64,000 nt of DNA. Origin: Clostridiales bacterium (GTDB lineage Bacteria; Bacillota; Clostridia; Christensenellales; CAG-138). The stretch lies in NCBI GenBank assembly GCA_024691085.1, contig JAILNX010000018.1, positions 28,591 to 92,590 of the forward strand, in the 5' to 3' direction. The notes below the pieces were generated by a model. The model was not told where the DNA came from. It saw nothing but the letters and a program-made list of their open reading frames with translations, and did no database searches. Shown in pieces: positions 27,922-38,060 of this stretch (its first letter is position 1; every line of letters begins with the position of its first letter). Position numbers and translations under genes: made by a program.

Positions 27922-28428
27922 TCATTCGTCCTTCCCGTCTTCCCCGCCGTTTTCCGATAAGGCGGCTTTTCTGCGCGCTTTCCTGCGGCGCATTCTTCTT
28001 AAAAGCAGGTGTACCAGGAATGAGATCAAAAATCCGGCCGCAACGCCCGCAAGGTCTATCCAGACGTCCTTCACGCTCGGTCCGCGTTTGGTGAAGATCT
28101 GTATCGTTTCATCGAGGAGAGCGACCGTAAGACCCGCGTACAGGCACCTTACCGGTTTCCATTCATTAAGCGCCGCGATCAGAAAACCGACGACGGAGAA
28201 CTCGAACGCGTGCGCGATCTTGCGCGTGACATGATCCTTTACGGAAAGCCCGAAGAGCTTGAGAACGGGGTTCAAGACGTTCTTGGTGAACCATGCCGAC
28301 TCCTTCGCGGAGTCCGCGGACGAGATCACGGACTGCGACCAGATGAACGCGATCACCAATGCCGCCGCGACGAGCACGACAAGCCTTTTCTTATTCTCAC
28401 CAAGGTATTTTCTGAACGATCTTCTCAT
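27922..28428 (-). CDS. VanZ family membrane protein
   Basis: 168 aa ORF with four hydrophobic segments and a KIAHAFEFSVVGFL motif. Confidence 0.72.
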   Translation of the reverse strand: MRRSFRKYLGENKKRLVVLVAAALVIAFIWSQSVISSADSAKESAWFTKNVLNPVLKLFGLSVKDHVTRKIAHAFEFSVVGFLIAALNEWKPVRCLYAGLTVALLDETIQIFTKRGPSVKDVWIDLAGVAAGFLISFLVHLLLRRMRRRKARRKAALSENGGEDGKDE

Positions 28429-28487
28429 TCCTTCGTCTTTCCGGCCGTTTCCGTTTCGCTCGCGCGGCCGTATATATAGATATTATA

Positions 28488-28516
28488 ATTATACTATAAA
28501 GTATTCGGTTTTGCAA
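28488..28516 (-). promoter_or_regulatory. sigma-A promoter of vanZ-galE
   Basis: Minus strand: TTGCAA (28516-28511), 17 nt spacer, TATAAT (28493-28488). Confidence 0.5.
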
Positions 28517-28537
28517 CATAGCAAAGGAAAATCGGGT

Positions 28538-28570
28538 AATATGAAAGGACGCGGTTATTTCGCCGCGTCC
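28538..28570 (-). terminator. weak hairpin terminator after hisS
   Basis: GGACGCGG (28547-28554) pairs with CCGCGTCC (28563-28570). Only a short T-run follows on the minus strand. Confidence 0.35.
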
Positions 28571-28588
28571 CTGCAAATTTATTATCCG

Positions 28589-29848
28589 TTATTCTGCGAA
28601 ATACCTCTTGAGGCCGTCTATGTCCGCCTCGGTCTCGCTGCCGTCGGACATGCATTTGATCTTCACCCTGCGTGACTGAAGCTCCTCGTCGCCGAGCGCA
28701 ACCGTGTATTTCGCTCCGAGCTTGTTCGCGTATTTGAACTGCGCCTTGAAGCTCCTGTCCATATGATCGAACTCGGCGGAGATCCCCTCGGAGCGGAGCG
28801 TCTGGGTAAGCTCGAACGCCTTCATCCTGGGGGCTTCCCCGTTAGCCGCGAAGTAAACGGTGACGCCGTCGGGCGCGGGGAAAGCGACGTTGTTGTTCTC
28901 CATCACGGCAAGGAGCCTCTCCATGCCGAGGCCGAAGCCGACCGCGGGTATGGACGGACCGCCGAGCTCCTCGATAAGTCCGTTGTAGCGGCCGCCGGCG
29001 CATACGGCGCCCTGCGCGCCGATCCTGTTCGAGATGACCTCGAACACGGTGCCGGTATAGTAGTCGAGACCGCGGACGATGTCGGGATCGATGACGTATT
29101 CGGCCTTAGCCGCGTCGAGGCAGGCCTTGACGCCCTCGAAGTGTTTGCGGCAGTCGTCGCAAAGATAGTCGATGGTGCGCGGCGCGTTCTTTACGACAGT
29201 GCGGCACTTCTCCTCCTTGCAGTCGATGATCCTCATCGGGTTCTTCTCGAACCTGTCGCGGCAGGTGTCGCACATCTCGCCTAAGTGACTGCCGAGGAAC
29301 TCCCTCAAAGCCTTGTTGTACTCCTTGCGGCACTCGGGACATCCGATGCTGTTGATGTGGAGCATGAGATCCTTTACGCCGAGCTTTTTGAAAAGCGAGA
29401 GCGCGAGAAGAATGACCTCCGCATCGGTCTCGGGCGCGAAAGAACCGACGACCTCGACGCCGAACTGATGATGCTCGCGGAGCCTTCCCGCCTGGGGCTT
29501 CTCATAGCGGAATGTCGGGGAGTTGAGATAATAGAGCTTCTGCGGCATCGGCTCGTTGAATAGCCTGTTCTCGAGGAAGGCGCGGACCATGCCCGCGGTG
29601 CCTTCGGGCTTGAGCGTGATGGAGCGTCCGCCCTTATCGTTAAAGGTGTACATCTCCTTCTGGACGATATCCGTCGTGTCTCCGACGCCGCGCAGGAAAA
29701 GTTCGGTATGCTCGATGACCGGGGTGCGAAGCTCGCTCGCCCCGAACACCGCGCACATCTCGCGTATCGTCTTTTCTATATAGTGCCACTTGAAGCTCTC
29801 GGAAGGAAGCACGTCCTTCGTCCCCTTCGGCGCCTGGATGTTGACCAT
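28589..29848 (-). CDS. hisS: histidine--tRNA ligase
   Basis: 419 aa ORF with class II motifs (GTKDVLP, RYEKPQAGRLREHHQFG, GGGRYNGL-like CAGGRYNGL). Confidence 0.96.
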   Translation of the reverse strand: MVNIQAPKGTKDVLPSESFKWHYIEKTIREMCAVFGASELRTPVIEHTELFLRGVGDTTDIVQKEMYTFNDKGGRSITLKPEGTAGMVRAFLENRLFNEPMPQKLYYLNSPTFRYEKPQAGRLREHHQFGVEVVGSFAPETDAEVILLALSLFKKLGVKDLMLHINSIGCPECRKEYNKALREFLGSHLGEMCDTCRDRFEKNPMRIIDCKEEKCRTVVKNAPRTIDYLCDDCRKHFEGVKACLDAAKAEYVIDPDIVRGLDYYTGTVFEVISNRIGAQGAVCAGGRYNGLIEELGGPSIPAVGFGLGMERLLAVMENNNVAFPAPDGVTVYFAANGEAPRMKAFELTQTLRSEGISAEFDHMDRSFKAQFKYANKLGAKYTVALGDEELQSRRVKIKCMSDGSETEADIDGLKRYFAE

Positions 29849-29890
29849 AAATACCTCCTGTGCCCTTAAAAAGGGCTGCTGAAAATTATG

Positions 29891-31504
29891 TCAGTTCTCG
29901 ATTATCGGGACTCCGAAAAGCTCCTTGACGGCGCTTTGGCGGACGATCCCGTCCTTCTTGTGCTCAAGCTCGACCGTGACGGGAGCTATCGCCTTTTTGG
30001 CGGTCTCGTTGAGAAGGCTCCGCATCGACGGCTCGCACGAGTAATGATAAAGGTTCGAGCCCTTTTTGTCAAAGATTATATGCAGTACGCCTCCGTCGAG
30101 CCAGTGCGCGGCGGATGTGTCGATCGCGAAATACAGCGTGGGATCCTCTGTTTCAAGCGCTGAGAGGAGCATGGAATAGAGCTCGTCCGCCTGCTTGCCT
30201 GCGCCCGGCACCTCGATCACGCCGTCGTCGGAAGAGTCGTCGCTTTCAGCTTCGTCCGCTGACGCGTCAGCCTTCGCCGCGGACTTTTGGGGCGTATCAG
30301 CGCCGGCTGTTTTAGCCGCCTCGCGCGCGGCTGCGGCAGCGGAATTCCTTGCGTCCTCCGCGACCTTTAAGAGCTTCTTCTCAAGCTCGTTCATCCTGTC
30401 GGTAACGGCGGTGATGCCCTCCCCGTCCTCGGGACGGCAGACGGAAATGAGAGTGCTTTCGAGAAGAGTTCTCGGCGTCGCGACGAGCTTTAGGTCGAGC
30501 TGGAGCTTGAGAAGCTCTTCAACCGCCCTCTGTGCCCTCTCCTTGGAAATGCGCTTCGCCTGCTCCTCATAATCCTTCATCATGTCCTCGGTGCAGTCGA
30601 GTATCTCGCGGCAGTCGCCGCAGAGCTTCGTTAAAAGGAGCGCCCTGAAATGCGAGGCGAGATCGGTCGAGAACACGCCGAGGTCGCGGCCGGATCTTAC
30701 GACCTCGTCCACGAAGCGGAGCACGGCCGCGCAGTCGGAATCGATAACGGCGTCGGCGACCTTGATGAGGAAGGCCGAATTGACGGAGCCCAGAACGTTC
30801 ATGACGTCCGCTTCCGAAACGTCGCCGCCGCAGAAGGAAAGGCACTGATCGGCGATGCTCAGGCAGTCGCGCATGCCGCCCTCCGCCGCTCTCGCGATGG
30901 CGATAAGACCCTTCTCGTCGATATGCGCGCCGATGAGGTCTAAAGAGCGCTTCATCGAATCGACCATCTCGGCTACGCGGAGCCTGTGGAACTCGAACCG
31001 CTGGCACCTTGAGACAATCGTCGCGGGAAGCATCTGCGGCTCGGTCGTAGCGAGTATGAACACGACGTGCGCGGGCGGCTCCTCGAGGGTCTTAAGAAGC
31101 GCGTTCGACGCGTTCCTCGTGAGCATGTGCGCTTCGTCGATGATATAGACCTTGGTCTTAAGCTCGAGCGGGGCAAATTCCGCGCGCTCGATAAGAGCCC
31201 TCATATCGTCTACGCCCGAATTGGACGCGGCGTCGAGCTCGATGATATCAACGCTGTTCTTCGCAAGGCACGCGGAGCATTTACCGCAGGGCTCGCCGTC
31301 CTCGGGGGACAGGCAGTTGATCGCCCTCGCGAGTATCCTCGCCGTGCTCGTCTTGCCCGTTCCGCGGCTGCCGCAGAAAAGATAGGCGTGCGCGACACGG
31401 CCCGACCTTAACTGGTTGAGCAGTATCTTCGTGATATGCGGCTGTCCGATTATCTCGCCGAATCTTGACGGGCGAAACTTGCGGTAAAGAGCGTTATATG
31501 CCAT
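29891..31504 (-). CDS. dnaX: DNA polymerase III subunits gamma/tau
   Basis: 537 aa ORF, LYRKFRP..F.E..GQ, Walker A GSRGTGKTS, zinc module CGKCSAC, DEAHML. Confidence 0.93.
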   Translation of the reverse strand: MAYNALYRKFRPSRFGEIIGQPHITKILLNQLRSGRVAHAYLFCGSRGTGKTSTARILARAINCLSPEDGEPCGKCSACLAKNSVDIIELDAASNSGVDDMRALIERAEFAPLELKTKVYIIDEAHMLTRNASNALLKTLEEPPAHVVFILATTEPQMLPATIVSRCQRFEFHRLRVAEMVDSMKRSLDLIGAHIDEKGLIAIARAAEGGMRDCLSIADQCLSFCGGDVSEADVMNVLGSVNSAFLIKVADAVIDSDCAAVLRFVDEVVRSGRDLGVFSTDLASHFRALLLTKLCGDCREILDCTEDMMKDYEEQAKRISKERAQRAVEELLKLQLDLKLVATPRTLLESTLISVCRPEDGEGITAVTDRMNELEKKLLKVAEDARNSAAAAAREAAKTAGADTPQKSAAKADASADEAESDDSSDDGVIEVPGAGKQADELYSMLLSALETEDPTLYFAIDTSAAHWLDGGVLHIIFDKKGSNLYHYSCEPSMRSLLNETAKKAIAPVTVELEHKKDGIVRQSAVKELFGVPIIEN

Positions 31505-31505
31505 T

Positions 31506-31904
31506 TCAATCGTTTCGGGGCCTTATGACCTCGTTCGCTCCGTCGGTCCAGAGCCTTTCGATATTGTAATACTCCCTCTCCTCCGGATAGAAGATGTGGA
31601 GCAGAATGTAGCCGAAATCGAGGACGATCCAGCGTCCCTCGCGGTAGCCTTCCTCACGGCGGAGGTTAAGGCCGACCTCGCGGTACTTGTCGAGCACCTC
31701 GTCGCAGATCGCCTTGGTCTGAATTACGGACGAACCGCTGCAGATGACGAACCAGTCCGCGATGATGGTCTTGTCGGCGACGTCGATCGCGATGATGTCG
31801 GTCGCCTTCTTGCCCTCGAGCAGCGAAATGAGCTTCTCCACCTTCTGTCTGACCTCCGCCTTAAGGCGAAGCTCCAGGTCGTTTTCGAATATGATGTTAT
31901 CCAT
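31506..31904 (-). CDS. rsfS: ribosome silencing factor RsfS
   Basis: 132 aa ORF, KKATDIIAIDV...ADWFVICSG...WIVLDFGYILLHIF..EEREYYNIERLW. Confidence 0.9.
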   Translation of the reverse strand: MDNIIFENDLELRLKAEVRQKVEKLISLLEGKKATDIIAIDVADKTIIADWFVICSGSSVIQTKAICDEVLDKYREVGLNLRREEGYREGRWIVLDFGYILLHIFYPEEREYYNIERLWTDGANEVIRPRND

Positions 31905-33081
31905 TGTTTCCCTCCGGATCTATGTCTGTCAAAGTATTTAGGTAGCCGATCACGCTCTCGGTCGCGGGATTTACCGCCCTGCCGCTTTTAAGCGTGTAAT
32001 CGGCAGAGTGCCGCATGACGAGGAGCATCGCGCGGTTGAGATCGCGGTACGCGATCTCGCGTATCTCGTCAACGCCCTCAAAATCGCGCGTCGGCTCTAT
32101 CTTGTCGGCGACGTAGATTATTCTGTCCATAAGCGACATTCCTACGCGGCCGATGGTGTGACAGCTTATCGCCGAGAGCACCTCGGGATCGGTCACGCCG
32201 TATTTTTCCATCGCGAGCACGGCGCCGAGCCTCGAATGGATAAGGTAGGGATTCTGCCTTTCCTCGTCGGAAATGTCGATACAGTTCCCGGCGCAGTATT
32301 CGAGGAGCTCCTTGTTCGGAAGCTTTATGCAGTCGTGTAAAAGCGCGGCGAGCCTTGCCTTTTTGGTATCCGCGCCGTACCTTTTTGCGAGCTTTACCGC
32401 CTCGAGACAGGTCATCATGGTATGCTTTAAGCGTTTTCTTCTGATGACCTCGCCGAGCTTCGCTCGTATCGAGACGATCTCTTCCGGCATATAAAGCGCG
32501 TTTTCGTAAAGGAAATGCTCGGTCTTCCTCGCGACGAGAGTATCGACAGGTTCCGCTTCAAACATGCGCCTTCTCACCTCGGTCGATGAGATGTCGGGGC
32601 CGGAATAGGAGGATACGATCACCTCTCCGCCGAAGCGGGACATGATGTTTTGGGCAAGCGTTTTCAGCTCAGACTCGTTCCCCGGCCTTCCGACGGCTAC
32701 GAGCTTCGCCGTTTTAAGTATCCCCGCGGGATCGCGCCAGGAAGGGAAGTTCCCGAGCATATCCGCGCCGACGATCAGGAATATCTCCGCGCCGCGCATC
32801 TGCCGTCTGAAGAGATCGACCGTGTCGACGGTATAGCTCTTGCCCTCGCGCTTTAACTCGACGTCGGAAGCGAATATGCCGTCCTCGTTTTCAAGAGCGC
32901 CCTCGAGCATGCGGAAACGGATACTCGCCGCGAGCCTCGCAGGGTCTGGCTTGTGGGGCGGATCCGCGGCGACGACCATAAAAAGCTTGTCCAGAGAAAG
33001 CTCTTCCCGGACATGCCGCGCCGTCCATATGTGCCCCAGATGCACGGGGTTATACGTTCCGCCGAATATACCTATCCTCAT
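31897..33081 (-). CDS. nadD: fusion of nicotinate-nucleotide adenylyltransferase (NadD) and the YqeK HD-domain phosphohydrolase
   Basis: 394 aa ORF. N-terminus has GIFGGTYNPVHLGH...ISSTEVR (NadD); C-terminus has HTMMTCLEAVKLAKRYG...ALLHDCIK...HSRLGA (HD domain, YqeK type). Confidence 0.85.
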   Translation of the reverse strand: MRIGIFGGTYNPVHLGHIWTARHVREELSLDKLFMVVAADPPHKPDPARLAASIRFRMLEGALENEDGIFASDVELKREGKSYTVDTVDLFRRQMRGAEIFLIVGADMLGNFPSWRDPAGILKTAKLVAVGRPGNESELKTLAQNIMSRFGGEVIVSSYSGPDISSTEVRRRMFEAEPVDTLVARKTEHFLYENALYMPEEIVSIRAKLGEVIRRKRLKHTMMTCLEAVKLAKRYGADTKKARLAALLHDCIKLPNKELLEYCAGNCIDISDEERQNPYLIHSRLGAVLAMEKYGVTDPEVLSAISCHTIGRVGMSLMDRIIYVADKIEPTRDFEGVDEIREIAYRDLNRAMLLVMRHSADYTLKSGRAVNPATESVIGYLNTLTDIDPEGNNG

Positions 33082-33150
33082 AATAAAGGATTATACAACA
33101 TTTTTTACCGTTTGTGAATAGTAATCGGAAAAATAGGAAAGAAAAAAGAT

Positions 33151-33957
33151 ATGTCAGAAAATACCCGGGAAAGCGCGCTTCTTAAGCGCATATACCGCAC
33201 AAGCTTTCGCGGAGGGCGAAGGCTCCCCGCCTTCGTCTTCGACAGCGTTTTTCTTTGCGCGGCCTCGTTTTTCGGGGTGTACCTCGCGGTAAGGCCTCAT
33301 TTCAGAAACCGCACTGCGGCGGCCGCGATCTCGGTTATCGTGCTGTCGCTCGCCGTTCTGGTGTTCATCGCCGTCCGGCGCTTCCTTTTCGAAAGGCACG
33401 TTGAAAAGATGCGGAGGGAAGCGGAAGACGAGCTTTTCGGTCTCAAGCTCATTATGGAGCCGGAGCTCGACTCGCTTCTTTCCCCACACGATCCCTCCGT
33501 CTATATCTCCCGCTCCATCGACGCGCTTACGGCCGACGAGGTGAAAAACGCGTATCTTGCCTGTGAAAAGCCCGTGACCGTCATCGCCTTCGCCGAGCCG
33601 ACCGAAGCTGCGAAGAAGCTTTTAGGCTCTCTTTCCGATATCGCCGTTAAAACGCCCGTCGAATACTTCGGCAGAGAACGGCTCGGCTTCGTCAAGGCAG
33701 GCGAGAGCGAGATCGACGCGCAGATAATCAAAAAGCACGGCGGGATCTGCAAAAGGCCAGCATTAAGAAAGGAGCTCTTTAAGATCTCGAAAGAAAGAGC
33801 GTCAAAATACCTGCTCCTCGGGTTTGCGCTCATGCTCATGTCGTTCTTCATGCGCTTTGCGGTCTATTACAGGACCGCCGCGTCGGTGATCCTCGGCGTC
33901 GGAACAGCCGTATTCGCGCTCGACGCATATAAAAAAGCCGCTCGGACGAGCGGCTGA
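33151..33957 (+). CDS. hypothetical membrane protein (2 N-terminal + 2 C-terminal TM helices flanking a soluble domain)
   Basis: 268 aa ORF with coding-like composition; I recognise no family. Confidence 0.5.
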   Translation: MSENTRESALLKRIYRTSFRGGRRLPAFVFDSVFLCAASFFGVYLAVRPHFRNRTAAAAISVIVLSLAVLVFIAVRRFLFERHVEKMRREAEDELFGLKLIMEPELDSLLSPHDPSVYISRSIDALTADEVKNAYLACEKPVTVIAFAEPTEAAKKLLGSLSDIAVKTPVEYFGRERLGFVKAGESEIDAQIIKKHGGICKRPALRKELFKISKERASKYLLLGFALMLMSFFMRFAVYYRTAASVILGVGTAVFALDAYKKAARTSG

Positions 33958-33969
33958 AAATCTTTCATT

Positions 33970-35897
<1,928 letters not shown>

Positions 35898-35939
35898 GCG
35901 GACAATTTAACATATTTTGACCGATTTGTCCATAGAGTT

Positions 35940-36329
35940 TCATTTTTTGCCGAACATATTGATAAGATTCATCATATCTCCGCCGTTTTTCATCATGTTC
36001 GCGAGGTTCAGAAGCATACCGATCTGGTTCATCTGATCCTGCATCCGGTTTCCGCCCTGATCCTGTTTCGGTGCGGGTCTTGGCGCTTGTCTTTCCTCCG
36101 TCCTTCGTCTTTCCGCCTCAATGCTCTCGAAAGGTATACCGAAGTCCTCGCCTATATGTCTTATCTCGTTCGGCGCGGAAAAAGGTCCCATAGCGGCGAG
36201 AAACGCGCGCAGCTGCTCAACTCCCTGCTCCTCTCTTATCCTCCTTGCGAGGCGAAGCATGGGCGAGGCGTCCTCCATATAGTTTCCCGTCGTGCTCCGC
36301 GGCGTGTTCCGTGCCGGCATTTTCTGCAT
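35940..36329 (-). CDS. hypothetical protein with Met-rich C-terminus
   Basis: Start placed at ATG 36329 (GGAGGGG Shine-Dalgarno 3 nt upstream; short spacing). 129 aa, ending ...RMQDQMNQIGMLLNLANMMKNGGDMMNLINMFGKK. The tracked 282 aa ORF is an upstream extension across the divergent promoter region. Confidence 0.4.
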   Translation of the reverse strand: MQKMPARNTPRSTTGNYMEDASPMLRLARRIREEQGVEQLRAFLAAMGPFSAPNEIRHIGEDFGIPFESIEAERRRTEERQAPRPAPKQDQGGNRMQDQMNQIGMLLNLANMMKNGGDMMNLINMFGKK

Positions 36330-36437
36330 AATCCCCTCCAAAGCTCCGTTCCCGGGAAGTTCGTTTCGGTCTATTATATTCACCGGAGTATCAAATTGTG
36401 AGGACGGAGCATAGGATTTGACAGTAAGGAGGCGGCT

Positions 36438-36725
36438 ATGAAAAGAAGCTTGAAGGATACCCTTTCGAATAAGGACGCGAAAAGAACGGAGAGCGCGGGC
36501 GCGGAAGCGCTTCCCGGCGACATTTCGGCGCTTGCCGACAGATATAAGGGAATGAACGAGTCGGAGCTTATGACGAACCTTATGAAGGAGACCCGCCGGC
36601 GCAAGGCGGACGGGAGCTTTGACATGGACTCGATCCAGAAAGGCGTGAACGCGATACTGCCCATGCTCGACGCAGGACAAAGAAAAAGGTTGTTCGAGAT
36701 AATCGGGAAAATGGAAAAGGAATGA
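36438..36725 (+). CDS. hypothetical small protein
   Basis: 95 aa ORF with AAGGAGG Shine-Dalgarno; charged, helical-looking sequence. Confidence 0.45.
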   Translation: MKRSLKDTLSNKDAKRTESAGAEALPGDISALADRYKGMNESELMTNLMKETRRRKADGSFDMDSIQKGVNAILPMLDAGQRKRLFEIIGKMEKE

Positions 36726-36920
36726 GCCTGCCGGCTGTCGAAAAAGCCTGTCCGGCTTTTCCGACGGATGCATTTTTGAACTGCGCATTACATGCGCGGC
36801 CGTTCAAAAATATAGGAACCGATTGACAGGCAATCGTTTCGTCCGCACCGCGCATGTCGCTGCGGACGATGTTAGCAGGCAGGGGCTTCGCCCCCGCCCC
36901 CCACGATATTGCTGCATCAG

Positions 36921-36948
36921 AAAAGGAATGAGCCCGGCTCATTCCTTT
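36921..36948. terminator. bidirectional hairpin overlapping the 3-prime end of the THUMP methyltransferase gene
   Basis: AAAA, then GGAATGAGC-ccg-GCTCATTCC, then TTT. Confidence 0.5.
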
Positions 36949-38060
36949 ATGAATCCTTCTTCTGCGAAAAAGCGATACAGCGTGCAGGTCATGCCGCCGT
37001 TCGACAGCTTTCTGCGCTTGTCAGCCTTTTTGCCGTAGATGCGTTCGAAATCCTTATGTGAAGTGATTATGTTCTTGTCCCAGTGCGGGAGCTTGTCGAA
37101 TACCGTCCGCATCTCTTTATACAGCTTTTCGGCGTCGCGCTTCTCCATAAGGCGTTCGCCGTAAGGGGGATTGACGACGATAATGCCGCTCCTCGCCGGA
37201 GGCTCGAACTCTTTTATCGGGCAGACGAGCCACTTTACGTTCACTCCCGCCTTCTTCGCGTGCTTCCTGCAGACGTCGATCGCGTGCGGGTCGATATCGC
37301 AGCCGAGTATGTCGGGCTCTATGTCAACGACGAGATCCCTCGCCTCCTCGCGGGCGCGGTCGAAAGGCGCGCCTTCCGTGAAGCGCCATTTCTCCGCCGC
37401 GAAGCTCCTGCCCATGCCGACCGCCATATTCCTCGCGATCATCGCGGCCTCGATGGGCATGGTGCCCGAGCCGCACATGGGATCGACGAGCGTGATCCCG
37501 CGGTCGTAGCGCGCGAGCTCGACGATCGCCGCGCCGAGCGTTTCCGCGATGGGAGCAGCAACGTTCCACGTCCTGTAGCCCCTTCTTGAGAGGCCCGCGC
37601 CGCAGCAGTCGAGCGCGACCGTCGCTAAATCCTTGAAGAGTCCTATCTCGATTATTATCTCGTCGCCGTCCTCGGGGAGCGAGCGGGTGTTGTACGCCTC
37701 GAAAAGCGAGTCGACTATTGCCTTTTTCGCGATCCTCTGACAGTCGGATACCGCGAAGAGCGCGCTCTTTGCGGACTTGCCGTTGACGTGGATGAAGTCG
37801 CGCTTTCCGATGAACTCCTTCCACCTTATCGCACGTACGCCGTTATAGAGCTCCTCGAAGGATCTTGCCTCGAATTCCGATACGGTCATGAGCACGCGCT
37901 CCGCGGTGCGGAGCCACAGACAGGCTCTCGCCATATCGCCGTATCCGCCCTCGAAGTCGACTCTTGCGTCGCTGACCTTGACGGTGTTTATTCCGAGCGC
38001 GGCGAGCTCGTTGGCTACGAGCGCCTCGAGCCCCATCTTACAGGTCGCGAAAAACCTCAT
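36939..38060 (-). CDS. THUMP-domain class I SAM-dependent RNA methyltransferase
   Basis: 373 aa ORF, N-terminal ferredoxin-like/THUMP region, DPMCGSGT and NPPYGERL motifs. Confidence 0.85.
   Translation of the reverse strand: MRFFATCKMGLEALVANELAALGINTVKVSDARVDFEGGYGDMARACLWLRTAERVLMTVSEFEARSFEELYNGVRAIRWKEFIGKRDFIHVNGKSAKSALFAVSDCQRIAKKAIVDSLFEAYNTRSLPEDGDEIIIEIGLFKDLATVALDCCGAGLSRRGYRTWNVAAPIAETLGAAIVELARYDRGITLVDPMCGSGTMPIEAAMIARNMAVGMGRSFAAEKWRFTEGAPFDRAREEARDLVVDIEPDILGCDIDPHAIDVCRKHAKKAGVNVKWLVCPIKEFEPPARSGIIVVNPPYGERLMEKRDAEKLYKEMRTVFDKLPHWDKNIITSHKDFERIYGKKADKRRKLSNGGMTCTLYRFFAEEGFIKE

Noticed and set aside
29849-29890. Search for T-box leaders upstream of hisS and glnS (11541-11768).
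   Set aside because: hisS starts only 42 nt after the dnaX stop, and glnS has a leader of under 30 nt behind its promoter. There is no room for a T-box and no specifier or T-box sequence is visible.
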